From: Candidatus Dadabacteria bacterium CSP1-2
Lineage (GTDB): Bacteria; Desulfobacterota_D; UBA1144; Nemesobacterales; CSP1-2
Direction of reading: 5' to 3'
DNA: 64,000 bases
Assembly (NCBI GenBank): GCA_001443445.1
Contig: LDXN01000001.1
Location: forward strand, 49,290-113,289
Part shown: positions 1 to 9,276 of the stretch, in pieces
How the letters are laid out: every line of letters starts with the position of its first letter
How positions within the stretch are numbered: position 1 is the first letter of the stretch
Notes under the pieces: model-generated
Seen by the model: only the letters and a program-made list of their open reading frames with translations
What the model was told of the DNA's origin: nothing
Database searches by the model: none
Program-made: the position numbers and the translations under genes

Positions 1-839
1 ACGACAAAGGGGAAAGGGTAAATCTAGCAGGCCCTTCCATACCTGTAGAAATAATTGGCCTATCTGGGGTGTCAGGCGCCGGAGACCGATTCTACGTGGT
101 TAAAGACGAAAAAATTGCAAAGCAAATAGTTCAGCATAGGGTGCTCAAAGAAAGAGAGGTTCTAGCTGCAAAAGCAAGGAAACTCTCGCTTGAGGATCTA
201 TTTGGTTCACTAAAGGAAGGGGAGACTAAAGAATTGCCGCTAATTCTAAAAGCCGATACTCAGGGTTCTGTTGAGGCACTTAAGGAAGCAATAACAAAGC
301 TAAGCACTGATAAATGTCGCGTGAAGATAATACACGGAGGAGTTGGGGCTGTGAATGAAACTGACGTAGTTCTTGCAAGTGCCTCTAATGCCGTAATCGT
401 AGGGTTTAATGTACGCCCTGATGTGAAAGCGATTGAAGCGGCAGAGAGGGAAAGGGTTTCACTTGAGCTTCATATAATAATCTATGATGTTGTTGACAGA
501 ATAAAGAAGGCGATGGAAGGTCTTCTTGAACCTGTGATTAAAGAAAGAATTGTCGGGCATGCCGAGGTTAAAGCCACCTTTCATGTTTCAAAGGTAGGAA
601 CCATTGCAGGGTGTTATGTATCAGACGGTAAGGTTACTAGAGGCAGCAGTATTAGGGTAATTAGGGATGGTGTCCTGACTTTTGAAGGAAAGATATCATC
701 CCTTAAGCGTTTTAAAGAGGATGTTAGAGAGGTTCAAAGTGGATACGAATGTGGAATCGGAATTGAAAATTTTAATGATATAAAGGTTGGAGATACATTT
801 GAAGTCTATACATTTGAGGAGATTAAGCAAAAACTTTAG
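1..839 (+). CDS. infB: translation initiation factor IF-2, C-terminal part (5' end outside window)
   Basis: The open frame runs from the window start to 839. The C-terminal domains of IF-2 are recognisable, e.g. 'VGFNVRPD', 'GECGIGIENFNDIKVGD'. This is the usual position upstream of rbfA. Confidence 0.9.
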   Translation, partial: DKGERVNLAGPSIPVEIIGLSGVSGAGDRFYVVKDEKIAKQIVQHRVLKEREVLAAKARKLSLEDLFGSLKEGETKELPLILKADTQGSVEALKEAITKLSTDKCRVKIIHGGVGAVNETDVVLASASNAVIVGFNVRPDVKAIEAAERERVSLELHIIIYDVVDRIKKAMEGLLEPVIKERIVGHAEVKATFHVSKVGTIAGCYVSDGKVTRGSSIRVIRDGVLTFEGKISSLKRFKEDVREVQSGYECGIGIENFNDIKVGDTFEVYTFEEIKQKL

Positions 840-970
840 CCCATTGGAAGATTTTAAGCTACTAAATATATTGCTCGCTGTCTAAGGGATTGTAATAAAT
901 AATATAAATAAAACATTAATATTTCTTAGGGTTAGATTCGATATTTATCACTATAGCTTTAAATATGTAA

Positions 971-1261
971 ATGGTAATTGGTGCACTAAGAATCGAGCTC
1001 TACATTGATGGAAACAGATCCCTAAAGGGAAAGAGACAGATGTTAAGAAGCGTAATTCAAAGGGTGAAATCAAGGTTTGGGAATGTTTCAATATCTGAGG
1101 TTGATTCTCAGGACCTATGGCAAAGAGCAACGATCGGGGTCTCTTTTGTAAGCAATGATGCGCCTTATGTAAACTCCGTACTTGATCAGGTTTCGGGATT
1201 TATAGAGTCAATGGGAATTGTTCAGATTGTAAGTCGTGACCTTGAAATCATTCACTTTTAG
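971..1261 (+). CDS. DUF503 family protein (YlxP-like)
   Basis: 96 aa with 'DLWQRA' and 'SLKGKRQMLRSVIQRVKSRF', motifs typical of DUF503. It occupies the conserved slot between infB and rbfA. Confidence 0.8.
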   Translation: MVIGALRIELYIDGNRSLKGKRQMLRSVIQRVKSRFGNVSISEVDSQDLWQRATIGVSFVSNDAPYVNSVLDQVSGFIESMGIVQIVSRDLEIIHF

Positions 1262-1628
1262 GAGAAGCAAAGCCTTGGGGATTGGATATAAACGAACGGT
1301 TAGGGTTGGAGATTTAATCCTCCGAGAAATCTCTCAAATGATTATAAAGGGGGAGATAAAAGACCCACGCGTTTCCTCTGTTGTTCTTACAGGTATAAAG
1401 GTTACAGATGACTTAAGCCTTGCGAGGGTATATTTTACCGTTATGTCGGATGGTATTGGGAAGGAAGAAGCCTTAATTGGTCTTCAAAGTGCGACCGGTT
1501 TTATAAAAAGAGAGCTTTGGAAAAGATTAGGAATAAAGAGAATTCCAGACTTGAGGTTCGAGTTTGACACAGTACTTGAAGAGGGTTACAGAATTGATGA
1601 ACTTATAAAAGGAATAAAGGTTGAGTGA
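1236..1628 (+). CDS. rbfA: ribosome-binding factor A; start uncertain (alternative TTG near 1276)
   Basis: Aligns with RbfA: 'IKDPRVSSVVLTGIKVTDDLSLARVYFTV...GFIKRELWKRLGIKRIPDLRFEFD'. The N-terminal 13 aa of the longest ORF overlap the DUF503 gene, so the real start is probably downstream. Confidence 0.85.
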   Translation: MTLKSFTFRRSKALGIGYKRTVRVGDLILREISQMIIKGEIKDPRVSSVVLTGIKVTDDLSLARVYFTVMSDGIGKEEALIGLQSATGFIKRELWKRLGIKRIPDLRFEFDTVLEEGYRIDELIKGIKVE

Positions 1629-2631
1629 TCTAGAGAAAATACTTAGTCTAATTTCGACTGGAAAAAGATTTCTAATTACATCCCATGAAAACCCGGATGG
1701 CGATGCCATAGGCTCGATGCTTGCTATTGGTCTAGGCCTTGAGAAGATCGGGAAAGAGATTATTTATTACAATAAAGATGGCGTTCCTTTACTGTTAAGA
1801 TTCCTTCCCCACTCAGAGAAGGTGATTTCATCATTAGATGATGTTCATGTAGGCTTTGATGCTACTTTCGTTGTTGACTGTACTGATACAAGCAGGGTTG
1901 GTGTGAAATTTGAGGACTTTAAAAATAGAGGGAGATGTGGAGTCACTATTCTAATAGACCATCATCAAACATCTAAACCCTCTGCAGATTTGTACATCCT
2001 TAATCCAAGTGCCTCAGCTACGGGAATGATAATCTATTCGCTTTTAAAAACTCTATCCCTTCGACTGGGCTCAGGGCAGGCCTTAAAGATTACTCCTGAT
2101 GTAGCAATGAATCTATATACCTCAATCCTTGTTGATACTGGATCATTCAGATATTCGAACACCATCCCCGAGGCATTTGAGATTGCAGCAGAACTTGTCG
2201 AACTTGGAGCAAGTCCTTGGGAGATATCACAGGCCCTTTATGAAAGTGAATCCATTGGTAAGCTTAAACTACTTGGATGTGTTCTACCAACGCTTGAAGT
2301 TACTGAAGATGGGCGTATTGCATCCGTTGTAGTAAATAGGGATATGTTTAAGGCAACTGGGACTAGTAAAGAAGATACAGAAGGATTTGTGAATTTCCCT
2401 AGATGTATAAACGGTGTAGATGTTGCTGTCCTTTTTAGGGAAGAAGAACCTAGTGAGAATGGGTCAAGATGGAAAATAAGTCTAAGGTCAAAGGGAAGCG
2501 TCAACGTTGCACAAATAGGCGAGAGGTTCGGCGGAGGGGGACACGAAAGGGCAGCAGGATGCACTATCTCTGGAACCTTGGCAGAGGCAAAACGATTGCT
2601 ATTTAGCGCTATCAAAGAAGTGCTCCAATGA
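1621..2631 (+). CDS. nrnA: DHH-family phosphoesterase, NrnA-like (oligoribonuclease/pAp phosphatase)
   Basis: 336 aa. DHH motifs 'ITSHENPDGDAIGS' and 'LIDHHQ' plus a DHHA1-like C-terminus 'GGGGHERAAG'. The TTG start overlaps the rbfA stop. Confidence 0.8.
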   Translation: MSDLEKILSLISTGKRFLITSHENPDGDAIGSMLAIGLGLEKIGKEIIYYNKDGVPLLLRFLPHSEKVISSLDDVHVGFDATFVVDCTDTSRVGVKFEDFKNRGRCGVTILIDHHQTSKPSADLYILNPSASATGMIIYSLLKTLSLRLGSGQALKITPDVAMNLYTSILVDTGSFRYSNTIPEAFEIAAELVELGASPWEISQALYESESIGKLKLLGCVLPTLEVTEDGRIASVVVNRDMFKATGTSKEDTEGFVNFPRCINGVDVAVLFREEEPSENGSRWKISLRSKGSVNVAQIGERFGGGGHERAAGCTISGTLAEAKRLLFSAIKEVLQ

Positions 2632-3539
2632 ATGGAATGGTAATCTTAGACAAAGAAAAGGGTGTTACATCTCAGAAGGTGGTGATGGAGGTTAAAAGGG
2701 CACTCAAGATAAAGCGCGCAGGGCATACAGGGACACTCGATCCATTTGCTACGGGTGTTCTTCCTATATGTTTGGGTGATGCAACAAAGCTTGTTCCATT
2801 TTTGGATGATAGCATCAAGGAATATGAAGCGGTATTGCGGCTTGGTATCGCGACGGACACCATGGATGAAACGGGAAAGGTTTTGTATGAGAACAAGGTT
2901 ATAAAATTAACCCTAAGCGATATCCTTGATGTCTTCTCAAAATACAAAGGTGAGGTTAGACAAACCCCACCAATGTTTTCTGCAGTAAAGAAAAACGGGG
3001 TTAGGCTGCATAAACTTGCAAGAAAAGGAATAACACTCCCTAGGGCTTCGCGGACTGTATTCATTGAGGAGCTAAAACTACTAGGCTACAATCAACCTTT
3101 TATTAGATTTTTTGTAAGGTGCTCGCGAGGGACATATGTTAGGGTTTTGGGGTCTGACATAGCAACTGAACTTGGATACGGTGGACATCTAACAGAACTT
3201 AGAAGGATTAGAAGTGGTATGTTTAAGATCGTAGATGCCCAATCCCTGGAAGATCTTAAATCCGGGAATCTTAGGTTAGTTCCTATGCTAGAGGCTATTT
3301 CTAACATCAAAGAGATACATGTCACGGATAAAGTTGCAGAACAAATAAGAGAGGGTAAACAGATCAGAAAATCCGATTTGACTTGGCTGGACATGGAGGA
3401 GTTTGAAGCAGGGGAAAAATTAAAGATTTGTAAAGATACGGAGCTTGTTTCTGTAGCCCAAGCACTTGTTGGGACTAACGACTTATATAAACTAAATGAG
3501 AGAGACGTAGTAATCAAACTTTTGAGGGTTTTTAATTGA
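2628..3539 (+). CDS. truB: tRNA pseudouridine(55) synthase
   Basis: 303 aa with 'GHTGTLDPFATGVLPICLGDATK' (catalytic Asp motif) and a PUA-like C-terminus. It sits between nrnA and rpsO. Confidence 0.9.
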   Translation: MNGMVILDKEKGVTSQKVVMEVKRALKIKRAGHTGTLDPFATGVLPICLGDATKLVPFLDDSIKEYEAVLRLGIATDTMDETGKVLYENKVIKLTLSDILDVFSKYKGEVRQTPPMFSAVKKNGVRLHKLARKGITLPRASRTVFIEELKLLGYNQPFIRFFVRCSRGTYVRVLGSDIATELGYGGHLTELRRIRSGMFKIVDAQSLEDLKSGNLRLVPMLEAISNIKEIHVTDKVAEQIREGKQIRKSDLTWLDMEEFEAGEKLKICKDTELVSVAQALVGTNDLYKLNERDVVIKLLRVFN

Positions 3540-3593
3540 AATAGAATTAGGGAACGCATAAAGGTCTTTGAAATTTTAATCGGTTAATAAACT

Positions 3594-3697
3594 GGGTAGT
3601 CCAACAGTCTTGCTGGTGGACGGCAACGAGCAAGCATGTCCTGAGTAGTTCGATCAGACTCACCACAGGCTTAGTCGAAGGGACTCGTCGCCTACCC
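3594..3697. repeat. dispersed palindromic repeat (MITE family B copy) in truB-rpsO spacer
   Basis: Terminal inverted repeats GGGTAGTCC...CGCCTACCC. Internal 'CTTGCTGGTGG', 'GTCCTGAG' and 'GTCGAAGGGA' motifs are shared with copies at 20484-20612 and 34897-34966 (reverse orientation). Confidence 0.7.
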
Positions 3698-3766
3698 TAT
3701 GTTTCTATTATCCCTTTAGTAAATCAGGTATATATGCGTTCCATACTGAAAAAAGGAGGAATTTCG

Positions 3767-4036
3767 ATGGCTATTTCAAAAGAAGAAAAGCAGCAACTGA
3801 TTGGTGAATTCAGAATTCATGAGAAAGATGGCGGTTCACCTGAAGTGCAAGTTGCAATACTTACACAGGGCATTGAGGAGCTTTCAAAACACATTCAGTC
3901 AGCTCCTAAGGACTTTCATTCTAAGCGTGGGCTTCTTCAGATGGTTGGTAAACGAAGGAAGCTTCTTCGTTACCTCAAAAGATTGAGTCCTGGGAGGTAC
4001 CAGAATCTATTAGGAAAGTTAGGTCTTAGAAAGTAA
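3767..4036 (+). CDS. rpsO: 30S ribosomal protein S15
   Basis: 89 aa, 'MAISKEEKQQLIGEFRIHEKDGGSPEVQVAILT...'. RBS AAGGAGGA lies 7 nt upstream. Confidence 0.95.
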   Translation: MAISKEEKQQLIGEFRIHEKDGGSPEVQVAILTQGIEELSKHIQSAPKDFHSKRGLLQMVGKRRKLLRYLKRLSPGRYQNLLGKLGLRK

Positions 4037-4094
4037 AAAGCAAGATGCAGGATACACAATACATGCATCATTAATTTGAGGAGGTAGTATCATA

Positions 4095-6206
4095 TTGGTT
4101 AATGAATTAAGACGTATAAAGGCTCAGATATTTAGAAGGGAGCTAGAGATTGAAACGGGGCGATTAGCAAAGCAGTCTCATGGTGCTGTTCTAGCACGTT
4201 ACGAAGGGACTGCTGTTCTGGCTACTGTTGTAGCAGCTAATGAAAAGACAGAGGGTGAAGATTTTCTTCCTTTGACTGTAAACTACCAGGAAAAGGCTTA
4301 TGCGGCAGGAAAAATTCCTGGGGGATATTTTAAAAGGGAAGGGCGTCCAAGCGAAAAGGAGGTACTGACTTCAAGGCTTATAGACCGGCCTATCAGACCT
4401 CTCATTCCAAAGGATTTTACCTATGCTACTCAAATATTAGTTACGGTGCTTTCAGCGGATCGGGATAACGACCCGGATGTTCTTTCAGTGACAGCGGCTT
4501 CAGCGGCCCTTCTTGTGTCGGATGTTCCTTTTGATGGCCCAGCGGCAGCAGTGAGAGTAGGCCGAATAAATGGAGAGTTTATCTGTAATCCGACTAGAGG
4601 TGAACTTGAAAAAAGTGAGATGGATATAGTTGTAGCTGGAACAAAAGATGCGATAGTAATGGTTGAAGGGGGTGCAAATGAGGTACCTGAGCAAGATATG
4701 GTTGAAGCCCTTTTATTTGCGCATAGATGCATCCAGGAGTTCGTAAAACCTCAAGAAGACTTGGTGAGTGGATTAAGCATAGAGAAAAGAGAAGTACCTA
4801 CTCTAATTAGTGATCCTGCTCTTTCTGAAATATTGGTCTCATTTGCTAAAGAGCGACTAAGACAGGCTATAAGGGTATCATCTAAGGTTGAAAGAAGAGA
4901 AAGCATCCAAGCGGTATTGAAAGAAACCATTCAGACATTATCATCTGATTTTTCTGGAGATGAGAATCAAATTACTAAGTTATTCGATGCACTAAAGAGG
5001 GAGATAGTGCGTGAACTTGTAATTCAAGACAAAAGAAGGATCGACGGTAGGGATTATACGGACATAAGACCTATAAGTGGAGAGATAGGCTTTCTCCCAA
5101 GGACTCATGGTTCTGCCCTTTTTACAAGGGGTGAGACCCAGGTTGCGGTTATATCAACTTTGGGAACGACTTATGATGAGCAGAGAATAGATGCTCTTGA
5201 AGGGGAGCTGACAAAAAGATTTATGCTTCACTATAACTTTCCCCCATTTAGTGTAGGCGAGATTGGAAACCGCCTTGGTCCGGGTCGGAGAGAAATTGGG
5301 CATGGAGCCCTAGCCGAAAGGGCTCTTCTTTCGGTTCTTCCACCTAAAGAGAAGTTTCCTTATACGATTCGAGTTGTTTCTGATGTACTTGAATCAAACG
5401 GTTCCTCCTCAATGGCTACTGTTTGTGGAGGGAGTCTATCACTCATGGATGCGGGCGTTCCTATAAAAGCGCATGTTGGTGGAATTGCGATGGGGCTCAT
5501 TAAGGAAGAAGATCAATTCGTTATTCTTTCAGATATTCTCGGGGATGAAGACCAGTTGGGTGATATGGATTTTAAGGTTGCAGGCACTCTTTCTGGCGTA
5601 ACTGCGCTTCAGATGGATATTAAGGTTAAAGGGATTACTAAGGAGATACTCACAAAGGCGCTTCAGCAGGCATACGAGGGAAGGGTTTTTGTGATTGGAA
5701 AAATGAATGAAATAATTAGAGAGCCAAGGCCTGATATTTCATCTTATGCTCCACGAATACTTACGATTCAAGTAAAACCGGAGAAGATTAAGGACGTTAT
5801 AGGACCTGGTGGAAGGATGATAAAGAAGATAATTGAGGCAACGGGGGTTGCGATAGACATCGAGGAAAGCGGCAGGGTGAACATTGCATCTTCGAGTAAA
5901 GAAGCCTGTGATAAGGCCGCAGAGATGGTTAAAGAGATTGTACAGGAAATAGAGGTAGGTAAGGTATATCTTGGAACAGTTAAACGAATTCTTGATTTTG
6001 GAGCAATAGTGGAACTCTTCCACAATACAGACGGGCTTGTTCACATTTCAGAGCTTGCTCCAACTAGGGTGAGAAAGGTTTCAGATATTGTAAGAGAAGG
6101 GGATGAGATACTTGTAAAATGTATAGGTGTAGAAAATGACGGGAAAATTAGGCTTAGCAGAAAAGAGGCATTAGAGGAAAATATAGAGGATTATAGAAAA
6201 ACCTAA
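4095..6206 (+). CDS. pnp: polyribonucleotide nucleotidyltransferase (PNPase); TTG start
   Basis: 703 aa with two RNase PH domains, a KH domain and an S1 domain ('[20 protein letters not shown]'). GGAGG lies upstream of the TTG start. Confidence 0.9.
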   Translation: MVNELRRIKAQIFRRELEIETGRLAKQSHGAVLARYEGTAVLATVVAANEKTEGEDFLPLTVNYQEKAYAAGKIPGGYFKREGRPSEKEVLTSRLIDRPIRPLIPKDFTYATQILVTVLSADRDNDPDVLSVTAASAALLVSDVPFDGPAAAVRVGRINGEFICNPTRGELEKSEMDIVVAGTKDAIVMVEGGANEVPEQDMVEALLFAHRCIQEFVKPQEDLVSGLSIEKREVPTLISDPALSEILVSFAKERLRQAIRVSSKVERRESIQAVLKETIQTLSSDFSGDENQITKLFDALKREIVRELVIQDKRRIDGRDYTDIRPISGEIGFLPRTHGSALFTRGETQVAVISTLGTTYDEQRIDALEGELTKRFMLHYNFPPFSVGEIGNRLGPGRREIGHGALAERALLSVLPPKEKFPYTIRVVSDVLESNGSSSMATVCGGSLSLMDAGVPIKAHVGGIAMGLIKEEDQFVILSDILGDEDQLGDMDFKVAGTLSGVTALQMDIKVKGITKEILTKALQQAYEGRVFVIGKMNEIIREPRPDISSYAPRILTIQVKPEKIKDVIGPGGRMIKKIIEATGVAIDIEESGRVNIASSSKEACDKAAEMVKEIVQEIEVGKVYLGTVKRILDFGAIVELFHNTDGLVHISELAPTRVRKVSDIVREGDEILVKCIGVENDGKIRLSRKEALEENIEDYRKT

Positions 6207-6310
6207 GCGATTAGTCGTTAACCGTAAGTCGTAGTTCTTTAGAAAATCATCAGAGTAATGTAGCGGTGACCTTCAGGTCGCCATGTAGAGACGTGCCATA
6301 GTGAAGCATT

Positions 6311-6340
6311 GGCGGGGTTGGAAAACCCCGCCTATCTTTA
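6311..6340 (+). terminator. hairpin GGCGGGGTTGGAAAACCCCGCC followed by T-rich tract, downstream of pnp
   Basis: 10-bp GC-rich stem, 4-nt loop, then 'TATCTTTA'. A related hairpin occurs at 38180-38207. Confidence 0.55.
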
Positions 6341-6344
6341 ATTC

Positions 6345-7298
6345 ATGGAAGTCCTCATATCCAAAAATTCAGTGACAAAAGACAAACCCAAATTACTAGT
6401 TATCTTAGGTCCCACTGCAGTAGGAAAAAGTAAAGTTGGCATTGAGATCGCAAAAAGAATCGGTGGAGAAATCGTCAATGCCGACTCCCTTCAAGTCTAT
6501 AGATATCTGGATATAGGTACAGCAAAGCCGCTGAAAGAAGAGCATAAGCAAGTTCCTCATCATCTGATTGATATAATTCATCCCAACAAGGAATTTAACG
6601 CCGGGTTGTATAGAAAAACCGCGGTGGAAGTAATTAGAGATCTTCATAAAAAATCTACTAAGATGATTCTTGTTGGTGGGACTTATCTTTATGTTCGCGT
6701 TCTTCTTTATGGAATTATTGAGGGAATTTCCGCCGATATGGAAATTAGAGACCGACTTAGGAAGCTTAAATCTGCTTTTGGCATCTCTTACATTTACGAA
6801 AAATTAAAGTCTTTTGATTCTGAATCTGCTAGTCGGATTCATCCCAATGACTATGTAAGAATTGAACGGGCGCTCGAAGCTTACTATCTCACAGGATCAA
6901 GGATGTCAGAGCTTCAAGAGAAACATGGATTTAAAGAGAATGAGTACGAGGTTCTAAAGATTGGACTTTTTGAAGAAAGGGAGATTCTTAGAAAGAGGAT
7001 AGATGAAAGAGTTGATAGGATGTTAGAGGAAGGACTCGTCGACGAGGTGAAGAAACTCCGGGAGATGGGTTTTGGAAAAGATTTAAAGCCTATGCAGTCA
7101 ATAGGTTATAAGCAAATAAACCAATACTTGGATGGAGAGATTACAGTTGATAGGGCTATAGAATTAATAAAGCGTGACACAAAACGTTTTGCCAAGCGTC
7201 AGATGACATGGCTCAGAAAAGACAAGGATATACACTGGTATCACCTCCCCGAGGGTTTGGAGAAAATTATCAACGAGGCTGAAATTTTTCTAAATTAA
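6345..7298 (+). CDS. miaA: tRNA dimethylallyltransferase
   Basis: P-loop 'ILGPTAVGKS', 'DIGTAKP', and a C-terminal 'RQMTWLRK' typical of MiaA. Confidence 0.85.
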   Translation: MEVLISKNSVTKDKPKLLVILGPTAVGKSKVGIEIAKRIGGEIVNADSLQVYRYLDIGTAKPLKEEHKQVPHHLIDIIHPNKEFNAGLYRKTAVEVIRDLHKKSTKMILVGGTYLYVRVLLYGIIEGISADMEIRDRLRKLKSAFGISYIYEKLKSFDSESASRIHPNDYVRIERALEAYYLTGSRMSELQEKHGFKENEYEVLKIGLFEEREILRKRIDERVDRMLEEGLVDEVKKLREMGFGKDLKPMQSIGYKQINQYLDGEITVDRAIELIKRDTKRFAKRQMTWLRKDKDIHWYHLPEGLEKIINEAEIFLN

Positions 7299-7339
7299 AA
7301 ATTTATTTGAGTGAATAATCATACACTGTGTCATCAGTG

Positions 7340-7410
7340 GTTCGGGTTTCGTGATGCGTGCATAGTGAATCTTATATCAAATCACAAACCACGATCTACG
7401 AACCACGGTT
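7340..7410. repeat. REP-like 'CACGAA/TTCGTG' palindromic element (family F)
   Basis: 'AGTGGTTCGGGTTTCGTGAT' pairs with 'ATCACAAACCACGATCTACGAACCAC'. It shares 'AGTGGTTCG' and 'TTTCGTGAT' with the copy at 13088-13150. Confidence 0.6.
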
Positions 7411-7421
7411 CACTACTTAAA

Positions 7422-7796
7422 TTACTTTCCCAATATCATCTTTATTGAAACAATAAGTAGCAGTACGCCGAATATTCTCTTTAACATAGGGTCGGAAACA
7501 TGGTGAACAAGGACTGCGCCTAGATAAGCACCGATTATAAAACTCACTGCGATAAATGCTGCCATGTATAGATTAACATTACCTTCTTTAAAGTATTTTA
7601 TTGCTCCCAAAATAACAACCGGAGCTGTGAGAACTGCTAGAGAAGTACCCTGTGCCTGGTGTTGGGTGAGATGAAAAAAGTAGACCATGGCTGGAACCAT
7701 TACAAGCCCACCACCTATTCCAAAAAAACCACTTGCTATACCGGCTACTAAGCCTATAAGAACAGATCCAATTGTTACCATTTCTTTAACCTCCAA
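7422..7796 (-). CDS. TauE/SafE (DUF81, TSUP) family membrane protein, half-size (4 predicted TM)
   Basis: 124 aa: 'GFFGIGGGLVMVPAMVYFF...GTSLAVL'. It covers only one of the two repeats of full-length TSUP proteins. Confidence 0.65.
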   Translation of the reverse strand: MEVKEMVTIGSVLIGLVAGIASGFFGIGGGLVMVPAMVYFFHLTQHQAQGTSLAVLTAPVVILGAIKYFKEGNVNLYMAAFIAVSFIIGAYLGAVLVHHVSDPMLKRIFGVLLLIVSIKMILGK

Positions 7797-7947
7797 CTCG
7801 TATTGATACGCTATGATATTGGATAAACTTTAAGAGCTTAAAAGGGTTAAGCCATTCAAAACTATTGTTAGATTTAGTGCCTTTTCTCTTTGTTCAATTT
7901 TATAATATCAATTCTATAAATAAATCGTGGATTCAAAAAAGAATTGT

Positions 7948-8072
7948 CATTGCGAGCTTTGCGGTCCCCTAACTGCCCTCCCTTATTTATCCCTACCACA
8001 GATCCCAGCGAAGCAATCTCAACAACGGTCAAGAGACTGCTCGGGACTTCGTTCCTCGCAATGACAGGCATC
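7948..8072. repeat. MITE family A copy (TIR TGTCATTGCGAG / CTCGCAATGACA)
   Basis: Terminal inverted repeats plus an internal 'GCGAAGCAATC' motif. Related copies at 8921-9042, 22963-23135 and 59462-59554. Confidence 0.7.
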
Positions 8073-8108
8073 ATTATTCACAATCAAAAAATCGAATTGG
8101 TATAATTC

Positions 8109-8753
8109 CTACTGAACTTGCAATTTCAAGTCGTTACCTGACTCTCTATTTTGTAGTTGTTTGTAAATTGCTTCCGCCTCACTAGACTTACCCAATTTTT
8201 CTAGTGAGAATGCAATATGGAGTTTGGCTTGATTCCTATATGGATTTTTCTCTTTATCAAGTTTTGATAGATAATCTATTGCTTGTTGCAAGTTTCCGTT
8301 GTCAAAACTCGCTGTGCCTAAAGTAAGATATGCAGCATCATTAAGCATTGGATCCTTTACACCGCTCTTTAGAAAATCATTGAGCAGGTTTATAGCCTCG
8401 TCATAGTTTTCGGTATTGTAGTTAATTAAGGCTGCATAGAAAAGAGCTATCTTAGAAATATCGGCTCTGGGGTATTCTTTTTTTAAAGATATAAACTTAT
8501 TTAGTGCTTCTTCATAGTTTTCCTTTTGGTAACTTGCCATGGCTTCGCTAAAAAGGGAATTAGCAGCTAAACCGTATCTTTCATTAATAATAACTCCAAT
8601 TAAAGCTCCGGCTATTACTATTAGTATTGCACCAAAAACGATTAGTATTTTCCTATAATTCTCTGATGTAATAACGATTGCTTTAGCAATGAATTCCCTA
8701 AACCTATCCGGCTTTTTTAGTTCCTTTGGAGTTACCTTTACCTTTTTTGCCAT
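8109..8753 (-). CDS. membrane-anchored tetratricopeptide-repeat protein (YfgM-like)
   Basis: The N-terminus 'MAKKVKVTPKELKKPDRF' is followed by one TM helix and TPR-like repeats ('AEAIYKQLQ'). The longest ORF extends to 8783, but the MAKK start at 8753 is more plausible. Confidence 0.65.
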   Translation of the reverse strand: MAKKVKVTPKELKKPDRFREFIAKAIVITSENYRKILIVFGAILIVIAGALIGVIINERYGLAANSLFSEAMASYQKENYEEALNKFISLKKEYPRADISKIALFYAALINYNTENYDEAINLLNDFLKSGVKDPMLNDAAYLTLGTASFDNGNLQQAIDYLSKLDKEKNPYRNQAKLHIAFSLEKLGKSSEAEAIYKQLQNRESGNDLKLQVQ

Positions 8754-8920
8754 GCCGAAATTATATATATTAACTACTACCAACGCAAGTTGGTCTTGCC
8801 CTGAAGGTTATAAATAATAGTATGAAAGCAGATTTAAAGAAATGAAAAACACTGCAGCAAGCTGCAGGGTATCGGCGCAGAGACTGAAAAACTCTTTGGT
8901 ACAGCATTGACAATACCATG

Positions 8921-9042
8921 AACTGTCATTGCGAAGGAGTGAAACGACTGAAGCAATCCCTTGATTTATAAATGCAGAGTGGGTGTAAAGCACAAGTCAA
9001 GTGTTAGCGAAGGATTGCTTCGCTAGTGCAATGACGGTGGTA
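8921..9042. repeat. MITE family A copy
   Basis: 'CTGTCATTGCGAAGGAG...CTGAAGCAATCC...GGATTGCTTCGCTAGTGCAATGACGG'. Both the internal and terminal inverted repeats are present. Confidence 0.7.
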
Positions 9043-9276
9043 AACCTGTAGTTAGCTACAGGAAATTATCTAGTTAAAAGATAACCCTTACTTTATTTAA
9101 AATAGAGTGGATGGCACTTAAGTACTGTAGGGTCCTCCAGTTTATGCAATTTCTATCACAATTTTTTGATTTGGTTTGTTATTACAGGATTATATATGGT
9201 AATAACATACCGATTTGTAACCTTACTTGCGGTTTTACTGTGAGAAAGCTAAAATATCCTTAGGTGTATTATTCAA

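Noticed and set aside
2129-3559. Numerous 60-155-aa ORFs antisense to nrnA, truB, pnp, acnA, sdhA, dnaK, egtB and others
   Set aside because: They are embedded in strong sense-strand genes with clear homology. Typical antisense shadow ORFs.
8808-8993. ORFs 8808-8993(-) and 7874-8074(-) in the TPR/nfeD divergent region
   Set aside because: Both overlap MITE family A copies. Their 'proteins' are translations of the palindromic repeats.
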